A stretch of DNA of 64,000 nucleotides from Macrostomum lignano (taxonomy: Eukaryota). The position numbers and the translations under genes are program-made. This document shows positions 30,178 to 44,990 of the stretch, piece by piece. The stretch lies in NCBI GenBank assembly GCA_002269645.1, contig NIVC01001024.1:62001-126000 (forward strand). The letters run 5' to 3'. Numbering within the stretch: position 1 is the first letter of the stretch; each line of letters begins with the position of its first letter. The notes beneath the pieces are model-generated. The model was not told the DNA's origin. It saw nothing but the letters and a program-made list of their open reading frames with translations, and searched no databases.

Positions 30178-33100
30178 TCACTGAGTCTCATCAGCGACAG
30201 CATGGGCCGGATCTGCCCACAAGAACACGGCATCGCCCATCGCGGTGAGAACTCTGCACAGTTTCGGATGAGCCGACACAGACTGCACCACCGAAGCCTG
30301 AGTCCTGACTCCAGCCCTGGCGGGCTCAGCTGCGGGATGCCTCAGCCTGCACCGCAGCTCGCCGCTGAGCAGATCCCAGCAGATCAGCTCGCCAGAGCCG
30401 CCAGCCGAGCCGGACAGAACCAGCGAGTCTCCCGCGGACACGTCGCATTCAACTGACAGATCGGCCACGCTGTGACCCGAGTAGCTGGCCAGCAGGTCGC
30501 CAGTGTCCCGGTCGATGAGGCGGAGTCTGGCATCGGAGCAGCTGGCCAGAATGCACCGGCCATCGCGGGTGGCGCACAGCCCGATGAGAGGCTTGGACAG
30601 ATTGTCCTCTGCGAGGCGGCCTGCGGGGTTCGTTTATGGCTCAGCTGTTGCCTTGATCTGAGACACTGCTCGAATACAACTGCCCTGCAAAGTACATGTA
30701 AACTATGGTAGAACTGATAAGGAAAGAGACACTGCGCGTAGCAAAAGAGAAAAGTTGTTCGCAAATCGCAAATCAAAGTCATGAGTCTCATTTCGAAATA
30801 CTCAAGCTTGATTTGAGCTCAGGCCCAGCTCCCTTAAGCAATGACTGCCTTCGGCGCATCGTCCACAGGCAGCGCTGAGGGCCATTCTTCCCAATCGGCT
30901 CACGATCCTGACTGACGCAGAAATGAACAGCGGTCCTGACTTTCGAATCGTCAGGCATGTTCACTCTCTGTGCCTTGGGGGCTTGCCATTGGAAAATTGT
31001 GGCACCAGAGTCAGACGCATTCAGCTCGTACAGGTCTAGCTCTACATGTAGCTCTAGCTCTCTAGCTGTAGCTGTAGCTCTAGCTCTACATGTAGCTCTA
31101 GCTCTCTAGCTGTAGCTGTAGCTCTAGCTCTACATGTAGCTCTAGCTCTCTAGCTGTAGCTGTAGCTCTAGCTCTACATGTAGCTCTAGCTCTCTAGCTG
31201 TAGCTGTAGCTCTAGCTCTACATGTAGCTCTAGCTCTCTAGCTGTAGCTCTAGCTGTAGCTCTAGCTCTACATGTAGCTCTAGCTCTCTAGCTGTAGCTG
31301 TAGCTCTAGCTCTACATGTAGCTCTAGCTCTCTAGCTGTAGCTGTAGCTCTAGCTCTACATGTAGCTCTAGCTCTCTAGCTGTAGCTCTAGCTGTAGCTC
31401 TAGCTCTACATGTAGCTCTAGCTCTCTAGCTGTAGCTGTAGCTGTAGCTCTAGCTCTACATGTAGCTCTAGCTCTCTAGCTGTAGCTGTAGCTGTAGCTC
31501 TAGCTCTAGCTCTAGCTCTACATGTAGCTCTAGCTCTCTAGCTGTAGCTGTAGCTCTAGCTCTAGCTCTAGCTCTACATGTAGCTCTAGCTCTCTAGCTG
31601 TAGCTGTAGCTGTAGCTCTAGCTCTCTAGCTCTAGCTCTAGCTCTAGCTCTAGCTCTACATGTAGCTCTAGCTCTCTAGCTGTAGCTGTAGCTGTAGCTC
31701 TAGCTCTCTAGCTCTAGCTCTAGCTCTAGCTCTAGCTCTAGCTCTACATGTACACGAAATGACACATACTTTTTTAACAAAACGCTCAGGTTGGAAGTAC
31801 AACGTTTGCTTGCCGATTTTTGCTTTCAGGAATTTTGCTTGCCGAACTTTGCTTGCCGAACTTTGCTTGCAGGAAATTTGCTTGCAGGAATTTTGCTTGC
31901 CAAAGTTTGCTTGCAGGAATTTCGCTTGCCGAACTTTGCTTGTGGAATTTCGATGTCTGCTTCCTAGAAATCCTTCCTTCCTTCCTTCCTAGCAAGCCAA
32001 TTTCATAGAACCGGTTAGGTTGCTATCATTGACATCTTAATCGGGCTCACAACGTTGTCATTGCAAGGCAATTTTCAAGCATGAATGCTAAAAAAAGCTT
32101 TCAAACCAAAGCCCCTCAGCAACGGCACCTTTCCTGGCATCGTAGCAGCGCAAGCGTCCATCCAGACTAGCCGTATAGATTCGCCAGGAGTGAACAGCCA
32201 CCGCCGTGACGGAGTCCCTGGCATCGGTGAGCAGCTGCACAGGCGCTTGAGCTTTACTGCGCAGATCCCACAGGCGGACTGTGCAGTCCACTGAACCGCT
32301 GGCCAGCAGGGTGGCGTCCGGACTGAAGGCCAATGCGCCAACTCGAGCCAGGTGGCTGCGGTATCTGCGCAGGCAAATAGACAGGTTGGGAGGACTCGAT
32401 GCAGCATTTATTGGGATAAAAGAGGCATTTAAACGGCATGAAGGACTCAGCGTATAACTACTGCAGTACATGGACTGGAGAAAATCGTAGGACGTAGACA
32501 CAACAGTGCGTATGGACTCTTATGCATATGTCTAAATACATATGTAGACTTAAAGAAGTCTTATACCGGTAGATGGCTGGAGATTCTCAGATGACTGGGG
32601 ACTCTCATAGATGGACTGGGGACTCTCATAGATGGACTGGGGACTCTCATAGATGGGCTGGGGACTCTCATAGATGACTGGAGACTCTCATAGATGGACT
32701 GGGGACTCTCATAGATGACTGGAGACTCTCATAGATGGACTGGGGACTCTCATAGATGACTGGAGACTCTCATAGATGGACTGGGGACTCTCATAGATGG
32801 ACTGGGGACTCTTATAGATGGACTGGGGACTTAGAGATGACTGAGATTCTCATATGACTGGAGAGTCTTATAGATGCCTGGAGATTCTCTAAGATAGACT
32901 GGCCTTTCTAGAACAAACAGAAGACACTTAAAAAGCAAAGCCTCTAAGCCCTCACTTTCGCACGGCGGTACCGCTAGCCGTGTCCCAATAAGCCACCATT
33001 TTATCCTCGCCCCCGCTAGCCAGATTGGCATTGTCGCAGGCGCAGGCCACAGCCAGCACCTCCTGACCGTGGCCAAGATACGACCTGAGCAGCAAGGATT

Positions 33101-33233
33101 TGGCTGGATTCCACAGCTTCAAAGACTTGTCCGCGCCGCCAGTAAGGCAGTAATTGCCGTCGGCGTTAAATCTGACGCAACGAACGGCGCCCTGGCCGCA
33201 CACTGTGCGGCATTGCAGCTGCTCCGGTGTTGT
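30178..33233 (-). CDS. WDR83: WD40 protein WDR83/MORG1; exons 33233-32956, 32364-32129, 30620-30178; start codon not in these exons
   Basis: CGQGAVRCVRFNADGNYCLTGGADKSLKLWNP...GHGQEV, DARDSVTAV, SVVQSVSAHP..VLTAMG match WDR83; GT-AG junctions with consistent phases 2 and 1. Confidence 0.92.
30924..30980 (-). repeat. 57-bp dispersed repeat, inverted copy at 59069-59125
   Basis: ccccaaggcacaga.agt..acatgcctgacgatt.ga.agtcagg.ccgctgt.ca, 7 mismatches by eye. Confidence 0.75.
31035..31752. repeat. Compound (TAGCTC/TAGCTG) microsatellite with a 44-bp higher-order unit
   Basis: ctacatg recurs at a 44-bp spacing early in the array, then unit length drifts. Confidence 0.95.
31805..31945. repeat. 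15-bp minisatellite tttgcttgccgaac / tttgcttgcaggaa
   Basis: Direct reading. Confidence 0.85.
32590..32880. repeat. 21/22-bp minisatellite gactggggactctcatagatg
   Basis: Direct reading, about 13 units. Confidence 0.95.
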
Positions 33234-33269
33234 CTGAAAGTTTTTATTTAAAATTTTTTGTGTAGTACC

Positions 33270-33528
33270 TTATAGTAGTTTTTTGTCGGTAGTACCAGAA
33301 AATCCTCACATATTTTCATGTTGCCTACTAATAGTAGACTACTTGAATATTATTTTTTTTACTGTTTGGAGTAAAACAAGAAAACTACGAGTATCAATTT
33401 ATTCTATTACCAATCGTTAAGGACCAATCTATCTATTTATCAACCTATCCATGTATTTATCTATCTACTTATCCGTCTATCTACCTACCTATCTATCTAT
33501 CTATCTATATATCTATCTACCTAATCCG

Positions 33529-33592
<64 letters not shown>

Positions 33593-33601
33593 CCTAATCC
33601 G

Positions 33602-33656
<55 letters not shown>

Positions 33657-33661
33657 GTCTG

Positions 33662-33705
<44 letters not shown>

Positions 33706-33714
33706 CCTAATCCG

Positions 33715-33754
<40 letters not shown>

Positions 33755-34065
33755 CCTAATCCGTCTATCTATCTATCTATCTACCTATCTACCTATCTAT
33801 ATATCTATATATCTACCTATCTACCTATCTACTCATCTTTCTATTTATCTATCTATCTTCTATCTTCTATCTATCTGCCTATCTATCTATCTGCCTATCT
33901 ATTTATCTATCTATTTACCTCTATCTATTTATCTAGCTTTAAAATTTTATTATCCTATTTGGAGCAGTAGTTTAAAAGTAGTATTAAAAATATTTTATGT
34001 TGCTGACTAATGGTAGACTGTTTGTACATTATTTTTTAATGTTTCGAGCAAAACAAGAGAACCAT
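33270..34065. repeat. (ATCT)n microsatellite 33425-33935 between diverged ~110-bp direct repeats (33270-33390, 33965-34065)
   Basis: atatttt.atgttgc..actaat.gtagact...attatttttt...gag.aaaacaaga.aac on both sides. Confidence 0.8.
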
Positions 34066-34566
34066 ATAGTGACCTACTTACAGTAGTGTATACGCATATT
34101 ATTAAATGAAAAAGTACAGTTGTAAAAACTTGCAGCATTTTGTCGGTAAAACTCCATGTATTAGATATGATTAAAATGAATTAACCTTTGATTTATTAAT
34201 AATTTACAATCAAGACGAACAACATAAATCAACAGTTAAAGACAGAATGGATCCGTCAAAATACTGCGTAACACTGGATGTTTCTTTAAACGAGTTTTTT
34301 TCTGCGCATTTTTTTCGCTAAAATCATTATTGAACAACAGGGTACATTTGGGACTAACTAGAAATTTCCGAATGTACAAAATTACGATTTTTAATAACAA
34401 ATATTGTAAGATTATTTAATTAATGCGAGCTACTCGCAAAATAGAGTTGAGAGCAGATTGCTGACCCGAGTAAGCCAAAAACAAAAAGAAGCCATTTAAG
34501 ATAAGAAAATCACTAAATACTGTTTCTGATTACCATAGAATATTTTATTTAAGTCCAACTACTTAC

Positions 34567-34587
34567 CGACCAATAAGCAAGTAGCAT
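34567..34587 (-). other. Candidate 21-nt first coding exon for WDR83 (MLLAYWS)
   Basis: ATG CTA CTT GCT TAT TGG TCG|GTAAGT, phase 0 as required; no sequence support from WDR83 homology. Confidence 0.3.
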
Positions 34588-35117
34588 GCAACGAGAATGC
34601 TGTTTATAAATTGAATAGACACTAGTAAAATAATAAATCAATCATGCAAGTCAAAGTCTGTCTGCTTATGTGAATTAAGAAATAAAAGTTCAAATTTGGA
34701 AGCTGAAAATATGTTTATTAAAAACTACAAGCACTGGCAATTCTCAGTCTTGAATACAAATAAAAATTTCAAGGATTACTATCAAAGCATGCACATTGCA
34801 CAAACACATCTCAATTCAGGGGTCCATTATTTGACAATTTAGACATCGTTTTAAAAAGGTCGAACGATTTTGTTTGTACGCAGTGCTGTACTCATACAGA
34901 GCGCTCACTCGGGGTGTACAGCGGCTTCTGTGTCTTAGGCTTGACCCTAATGGCTGTGAATCTCGTGAAACACAAATATTTAGAATCAAAATACGCACAC
35001 CTGCAGACTATAAATATCCATATAACTGAAATAAGCCAGGCTAAGCAGTATAAAATGTTCAGCCTCTTTTCCAACAGCATGGGGATCAGCTGAAGGAGCC
35101 GTCAGTTCATCTCAAAA

Positions 35118-37918
<2,801 letters not shown>

Positions 37919-39816
37919 TTCTATAATTGATCTGCAAGTAAGTCAATCGATTATCTAAAGCAGCTGATATTTCTATATACATGTAGGTAGGTATCATAAG
38001 CACACCACAATAAACATATTTTGGTGCTCCCTATAGGAAAAAGTTGTAAAACCACAGACAGCATCCAATGCATTTTTTTTTTAATTTTTCTAAAGCGCAG
38101 TGCCCTTTCCTGCTGGCTACTGCTCCAGCAAAAAAATATATAGAAGGGCCTAATGCCTCTGTGGAAGGGGCCTATACACTTGTCATTTATAATGCTTAGA
38201 GATGTTCTGAAATTTTAATTTCGATTTTCTAAATTTCAGAATTTTTAAGAGTAAATTTTAATTGCAAAAAAATCATCCAATTAAAAATCTCTAAAAAGTG
38301 GCTAAATATAAACTGATTTATGCTACATATACATGTATTTTGTTTTGCATGAGCATAAAAAAGTGAGTTTTAAGGCATGCATCTGCAGGTTTTCAACATT
38401 TATTCCAATAGGGTTGGTGCCTAAGACAGATATTCCTAGATTTAACAGGTACAAAAATGTGCATTTGCCAGGACGTTTAAAGTAATAGCATGCATTAAGT
38501 TGCTATTTAAATAAATATCATGTATCAAGGCAATCAAATTTTTAATGTTATTTCTATATTATAGCCATATTATAGCAGCTATATTATATACAGACTATAA
38601 TTGAATTAAAATTCAAATAGTGCTATTTTGTCAAATGAAAGCCAATTGTCAAACAGTCAGAAAATAATCATTTTAATATTATATAAACATATTCTTATAT
38701 TCTTCTGTCTTTTCCTTGCTTTTTACCTGCTTCTTTATTTTCTATTTATTTGGCGATGCCAAAGGTTGTCAACATCAGCCACTTTAGCCCTCCACTGAGC
38801 AAGAAGCTGTTAACTTGCTGCAAGCAATGAAGGCTGCCAATGAAGCCAAAAAAGTCCAACAGCAAGGCTACGCTGCCAGCAACACTGCCAGCCAACAGCA
38901 AGCCACTGATAGAGCTGCACCCACCAGCGACAAAGCTGAGGCCATCAGCCAGCCATTACTAGGACTCACAGTAATCACTTACCAGCTTTAGTAGCATGAC
39001 AGGTTGCCTGTCTAGGAGCCACAAACTACTAGCTGAAGGTGACAAGGACAGCAACCACAGTATAGCCCAAGACAACTGCTGCCAACCCACTTGCTGAGAA
39101 GAGAGTGAGGTTCAGTTCTTGTATTTCATTATCTGCTAACAAATCCAAATCTGAAGATAGTCATACCAAAGCTACTGACAAATATCGACCTTTGGGCACC
39201 TCAACAAAATGTCAATTGGTCCAAGTAGTGATCATGCAAAGGGAGCTCTAGACCCCTAACCATGCTGCCATAGCCAAAGCTGCACCAATTAAAATTCTAC
39301 TAACAGACGCCAAACTTTGAATCTAACTGATTACATCCCAAGGCCAGTCACTCACAAGGAGCTCCAGACCTATCAGCATGCTAACTTTGCCATCACTATG
39401 GTGATCAACCTAATCGAAAATTGACAACCAAAGCTGCTGCTAAATCAGTGATTAAATTTGACAAGAGACAAACAAAATCTACTAGAATTTTATAAGCAAC
39501 TCGAAGTCTGAGACAGGACTGCTATGTTGGCAAGGAAGAGACAGCATGAATCATCCTGCCAAAGAGCCTTAATGTTACTGTTTGCCAACCTACATGGTTT
39601 ACTCTATTGTGGACACATGGGCCAAGACCTCACTGTTGCTAAAGTGTGTGAAAGGTTCTGGCAATGTGCCCTGGCAAAAGTAGTGTCTGACTATGTTGCT
39701 TCTTACCAGACCTGCACTCAAAGCAAAGGATGGCAACAAATTCCAGCGCATGTACAATTGTTTCTAGTCTGTGAGATCTATGGGCAATGTGCAATCAACA
39801 TCCTAAGCCCCATTAG

Positions 39817-39988
39817 CATACATGCGCAACCTTGGGAATCACTCGGCCGTTTCTATTGGCAACACACACATGTAAGTCGCTATTGGCTGAGAGCTGTAAC
39901 GTGACTACTATTCTGTCCAATAGCGACTTATGTGTGTGTGTTGCCAATAGAAACAGCCGGGTGAATCCCTAGGTTGTGCCCAAGCATG
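39817..39988. mobile_element. 172-bp palindromic MITE, P-superfamily-like
   Basis: 8-bp TSD CCCATTAG (39809-39816, 39989-39996), CAT...ATG termini, ~70-bp imperfect inverted arms; absent from the aligned young integrase. Confidence 0.9.
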
Positions 39989-42900
39989 CCCATTAGAGAC
40001 CCAATGGACTGGGGCAACAAGTACATCTTGACCTATATCAATACCATGTCAAAGTATTTATTTGCCTTCACTATGAAATATCAGTGCACCAAGACAATCA
40101 TCACTTTCCTGCAAGAACAAGGCTTCCTGATCAATAGAATCCCCATGTGGATCCATTCAGATCAAGGCAAACAGTTCACAGGACATAAGTTCTGACATTT
40201 CTGTGAGGTCTATGGTATCCAGTAGACAACAATGCACCATACTTGCCCTGGGCCAATGGAAAGCTAAATTGTGCAATAAGAACATTAAGAAAGTGCTTAC
40301 TTGTCTCCTCAAAGATCATCAACAATGAGACAAGATGCTACTAGCTGCTTTGACCATACTAAGGTCAGCCATCAACCATACTACTGGCAACCAGTCTATT
40401 GAGTGTCTTATTGGTACCACAATCAATAACACCCTAGACTGCCTGGACATATTGGCTGATCTCCTAGAGTACATCACCAAGCATCTGCACAGACTGGCCA
40501 AGACAAAGTGAATTGTATGACAACGACTGCAAGCTAAGATTTAACACCGAGAAGAGTATTACAAAAACTGACCAAAGCCCATGGAACTGCAGCCTGGAGA
40601 CCTAGTCTGCCTAGCCAACTTGGAGCTTGAGTTGGGAAAGCTGCCCAAGTTCTACTAGCCATACAAGAGCATGTACAAGGTCACTAAAAAGGTTGGCAAA
40701 GTAGCCTACTGGATCAAGCCTGCAACAGCCCAACAAGGATGCCTAGCTGAGATGTTTATCCATCGAAACAATATCATCAAGGTGCCGCAGATGATGGCAG
40801 ACCCACCATAGGAGTTGCCATGCAAAACTGAGTAGCCTATGCTGCCCTACAAGTCGAGCCTTGAAAGCAAAGCCAATCAGCCAATCAGCCCATTCTAGAG
40901 TAGCCAGCCGCAGATCAGCCTGACCTATGAGGCAGCCAGCTGTTTGAGCCAAGCCTCTGCCATTTAGAAGTGCTACCCAGAGGCAACCTAGATCTGCTTG
41001 AGATTAGCATAGAGGTTGAAATTTAAAGGTTATTACCAGCAATTATTGTTGCACCTTGTTGACAACTGTTGATACACATTACTATCAGTAGTCAAGTTTG
41101 CAAATAAATTTTAATTTAATTTGCCGCTGCCTACTTATATATGCTGAAAGCTGAATTTTTATTTTCTGTTTAATTTGACCTTATGCTTGAAGGTAAAAGC
41201 AGCCAATTTTCTTGTCATTGTCCCATGCTTGAGGGCAAAAGCAACCAATTTTTCTGTTTAACTTGGCCTTATGCTTGAGGGCAAAAGCAGCTTTTATTAA
41301 GCTTATGCCATTTCTTTATGCTTTCTAGCTAAAAACAGCATTTTCCTTTGAGCTATTTCAGTGCTTATGTACATTTTGCATTTGCTTTTTATCCAATGCA
41401 TTATAGTAAACTAGCACCTTGCACTCTAATATTTAGCCTTAGGCTTTATATTAGAAGCCCGTACCAATGCGTCAATATTTAACCAATTTGATATATTACC
41501 ATTGCTTAATTGCATTTTATAGGATTTTTGCATATCCCTATTTCATTCTGAGCTTTCTTTGCATGCAATCAAAGTGTGGAAAGTATCCTTTCTTTTCACC
41601 CTAACCTTATGCTTTTGGGAGAAAAGCAACAATTTCTATAAACCTTGCAGTTTGATTAAAACTGAAGGTATCTTTTCAATTTTGCGAGACTACTGTTTGA
41701 AGGACCATATAAACTTTTGCCCTGCTCACATAATAAGGCCCTGTTTCTAGGCCATGTCCTCAGAAAAGGGCATCTGAGATAACTCAAACCCTGTTCCTTG
41801 TCCCAATTTTGCACAAGCCTAGGAACTCTATGAGGGCCACCAGTTTGGCTTTTCTCCTAATGCCTTTTGCTAGCCCCTGTTTAATGTAACTCCTTATAGA
41901 GCCCCTTCCTCATGCATGACATATCGGTTGCTAACCTACTATTATTAAAATATCATTAATAAGGTGCCTACAATTGCCTTTTACTATTATAATATTTTTC
42001 CTCAACTTAATGTTTACACATTCAGCCTCCTCCTAAACACTAGTTCATATAAGATAGAGGCCTTATTCCCAGTATGGGACCCTCCTTTGTCTATCTGCAA
42101 GACACCACCTTAGTATTAAAGGCTGTTTTTTAACTTTGATTGCTTATTATTATAAATTATTCTGTGCCACACTATTATCTAAATCTGGCTAATTTCAAGT
42201 TTAATTTCCCTACATAGACTGTCAACTCCTCTTTGTTTTCATTCAATCTTGTTATTGTATACCCTTGTGAGTTTCTGCAAAATTTCTGACAACCCAATGT
42301 GGAATGGAGCTGCCCAATTGCTGCATTTGGCTCCCCATGACTAGCAAGACTTTGCCAATAATCCCCTGGTGCACTGCAATTACAATGCCTTATTGACGCC
42401 TACCCCAACCTTGAGTCTAGCTGAGTCAATGCCCAAATTGGTGGCTATCTAGTCTAGGACACCTTGGCTTTGTCTAGATAAGGCGGCCACTTTGCACACC
42501 TTCATGACTAGGCAGTATATCAGGCCACTAGAAAGGGACGCATGCAACTTATCCCAGCTGGCGAATGCTCTGTGGGTTCATGCTATTAGAATTAACCAAG
42601 GATCTCCTTGTAGAACAACTCACGTTTGCCAAGGAATATCTATGGCACAGACTGGGCTGACTACATCCAGCTTTGGCTTTACTCATGGCCTTAGCCTATT
42701 TGGAGGCCGGCTATCTCTAGGGAGGCTGGGACCCTAGGCTTTGCCGATTCTGGGATTCTGCAGTGGAGAAGTGCCCTGAGCATTTGCATTTCGATATAGC
42801 TGGCCAGGTCTATATACTCAGATAGCCAGTAAGTTTGCTTGCTGCCACTGCCCAACCTTGGACAACATGAGGTGAGGCCCAGAGCAAACCAGCCTGGAAC

Positions 42901-44850
42901 ACATGGCCTGTGGTCTGAGGTGGTCAAATGCCCACTAGCCAAGGTAGACACAACTGAGCAGCAGACTGCTAATATTTGTTAACAAGCTTATAGCCACCCA
43001 ATGCATGTGTTAGTTGGTTGCCATTGATTATTAAGAGACTGATTTAATAGTTTAATTTTTTATCTTCTTTGAAAATGCATCTGGTATCTAGCCCTGGAGC
43101 TAATTTTCCTGCTCCCGGGCAATTTTGTCATTTTTCTTGTCCTATTCATGGCATAGCATTTGTCTTCTCAATCCCTAGTCTTTCCACTTCTTTGTAGTAG
43201 ATCTTTTTGTTTTCTCCATTCAATCCTATATGTTATTTTGGTATCTATGCCTTGTTGTCCTTTCTCAGTCTATTTTGTCCCTTGCCTGACCCAACTGTTG
43301 GTGCTTGTTTTTATCCTATAAATATTGCTTACTTTACATGCTATTGAATTATTCTCTATCTTTCCCTTTTCCTCTCTTGTTTGTTTCACCTTTTCATCTT
43401 TTGGTTTGATCAATTAGTTACTTATATTTTGCTTTGACTCAAAGATCCCTACTTGAATATCTTGCTCTTTAATATGCATTCATATTTTTGCCCACACCAT
43501 GGCTCTGTTAGAACATCTCTATTGCAAGAAGCTTATTTCTTAAACTTGCAAAATAGCCACTAATAAGAATATTATGCCAACATTTATTTCATTAATTACT
43601 CAAAGCCCATAGCTTTATCTCGAGTTATTTGCCCATGGGGCATAAAACAACCAAACAGTTCTCATCTCAAAGAAAGTTCTAAGACTAATTAGTTCTATAA
43701 TATGAAAATTACAGTGGTGGCGGCTCTTTTCTATTGATAATAATTAGCTAAGCAAATCAATGTACATTAAATTATGATGTTAAAACTCTAGTGTCTACCA
43801 TTTGAATTACCATGCCTATTAAATGACTGCTTGACTACAATTACAACTACCTTCCCCCTGGGACTTGAGGACTTGGCAGCCAATGTAAAACAGGAGAAAA
43901 TCTAGTTATGATTTGTCTGTGTAATTTTCTAGTTTTTTTATGCAAACTTAATGCTAGTGTGGTAGGCCGGTCTACAACTGGGGTGAATGACGGCAGATCT
44001 CCCGCGGGCGACGACATGAGGACGGCCAGACAGATTGACGTCATTTTTTTTCAACTTTTGTTCCCTGGTTTGTTCCCCCATTTGTTCCCGCCCTTGCTCC
44101 CTTGTCTGTTCCCTTTTCTGTTCCCTCCCTTGGCCCCTGTTGTTTTAATGTTTCCAGCAGCCGGGTTTTCCTCTTTTTCCCTTCCTTGTCCCTTCCCTTG
44201 TCCCATCCTCTGTCCCACCCCTGGGATCCTTCACGCCAATATGTTATATATGAGTTATCTCTGGAGTCATTTTTTTAAAGTGTGTGTGTTTGTTTGGGTT
44301 TTAGTTTAGTTAGTTTCTACTCTTGTCTCTGCTCGTTCATCTCGCGTAGCGATAATAACTAACCGTAATAATAATTAACGAAATAATAATAAGTTTGCAA
44401 CATTTAATATTTATTCAGTTGTTCAGAATCGAAGCCTTTAGTTTTCTATTGAGTCATTTGCCCGCGGGGCCTAAAATAACCAATCAGTCTCATCTCAAAG
44501 AAAGCTCTGAGACCCTAAACGTTCTGTAAAACGACATTTATGGTGGTGGCAGCGCTACTTTACTACTGAGAGTAACACAACTAGCAATTTCGACAAACTA
44601 TAATTTTTCGGTGTCTGAGGACCTAATTTGAACGACCCGGGCTGCTACAGGACCGCTCGACTACGATTACGACTACCTCCCCCCCCCCCAGAATTGAGGA
44701 CCCGGCAGACGGAGTAACCTAGGAGAAGAATCAGCGCAGCAATTTGTGCAATTTTCCGGCTTTACGTGCCAATGACAAACCCAAATTTTTTATTTTCCCT
44801 AATCTTACAATTTCAAATCTTGTTTATTTTCTTCACTACCCCCACCTCAT

Positions 44851-44870
44851 TGGTGTCAGCTAAGTGGGAT
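44851..44870 (+). promoter_or_regulatory. Primer-binding site, tRNA-Leu type with a 2-nt insertion
   Basis: TGGTGTCAG(CT)AAGTGGGAT versus TGGTGTCAGAAGTGGGAT. Confidence 0.75.
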
Positions 44871-44990
44871 TACGAGACGCCAAAACCCATTCGACGAGTC
44901 GTAATTATTACTACTAATTCAACGGCCGCAGACGCGACAAACGACGCCGCGGGCCCCAACAACTCAAATACAAGACCGACCTACGACAAG

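Noticed and set aside
43847-44309. ORFs in the gypsy LTRs (also 52725-53000)
   Set aside because: Artifacts of a pyrimidine-rich LTR segment
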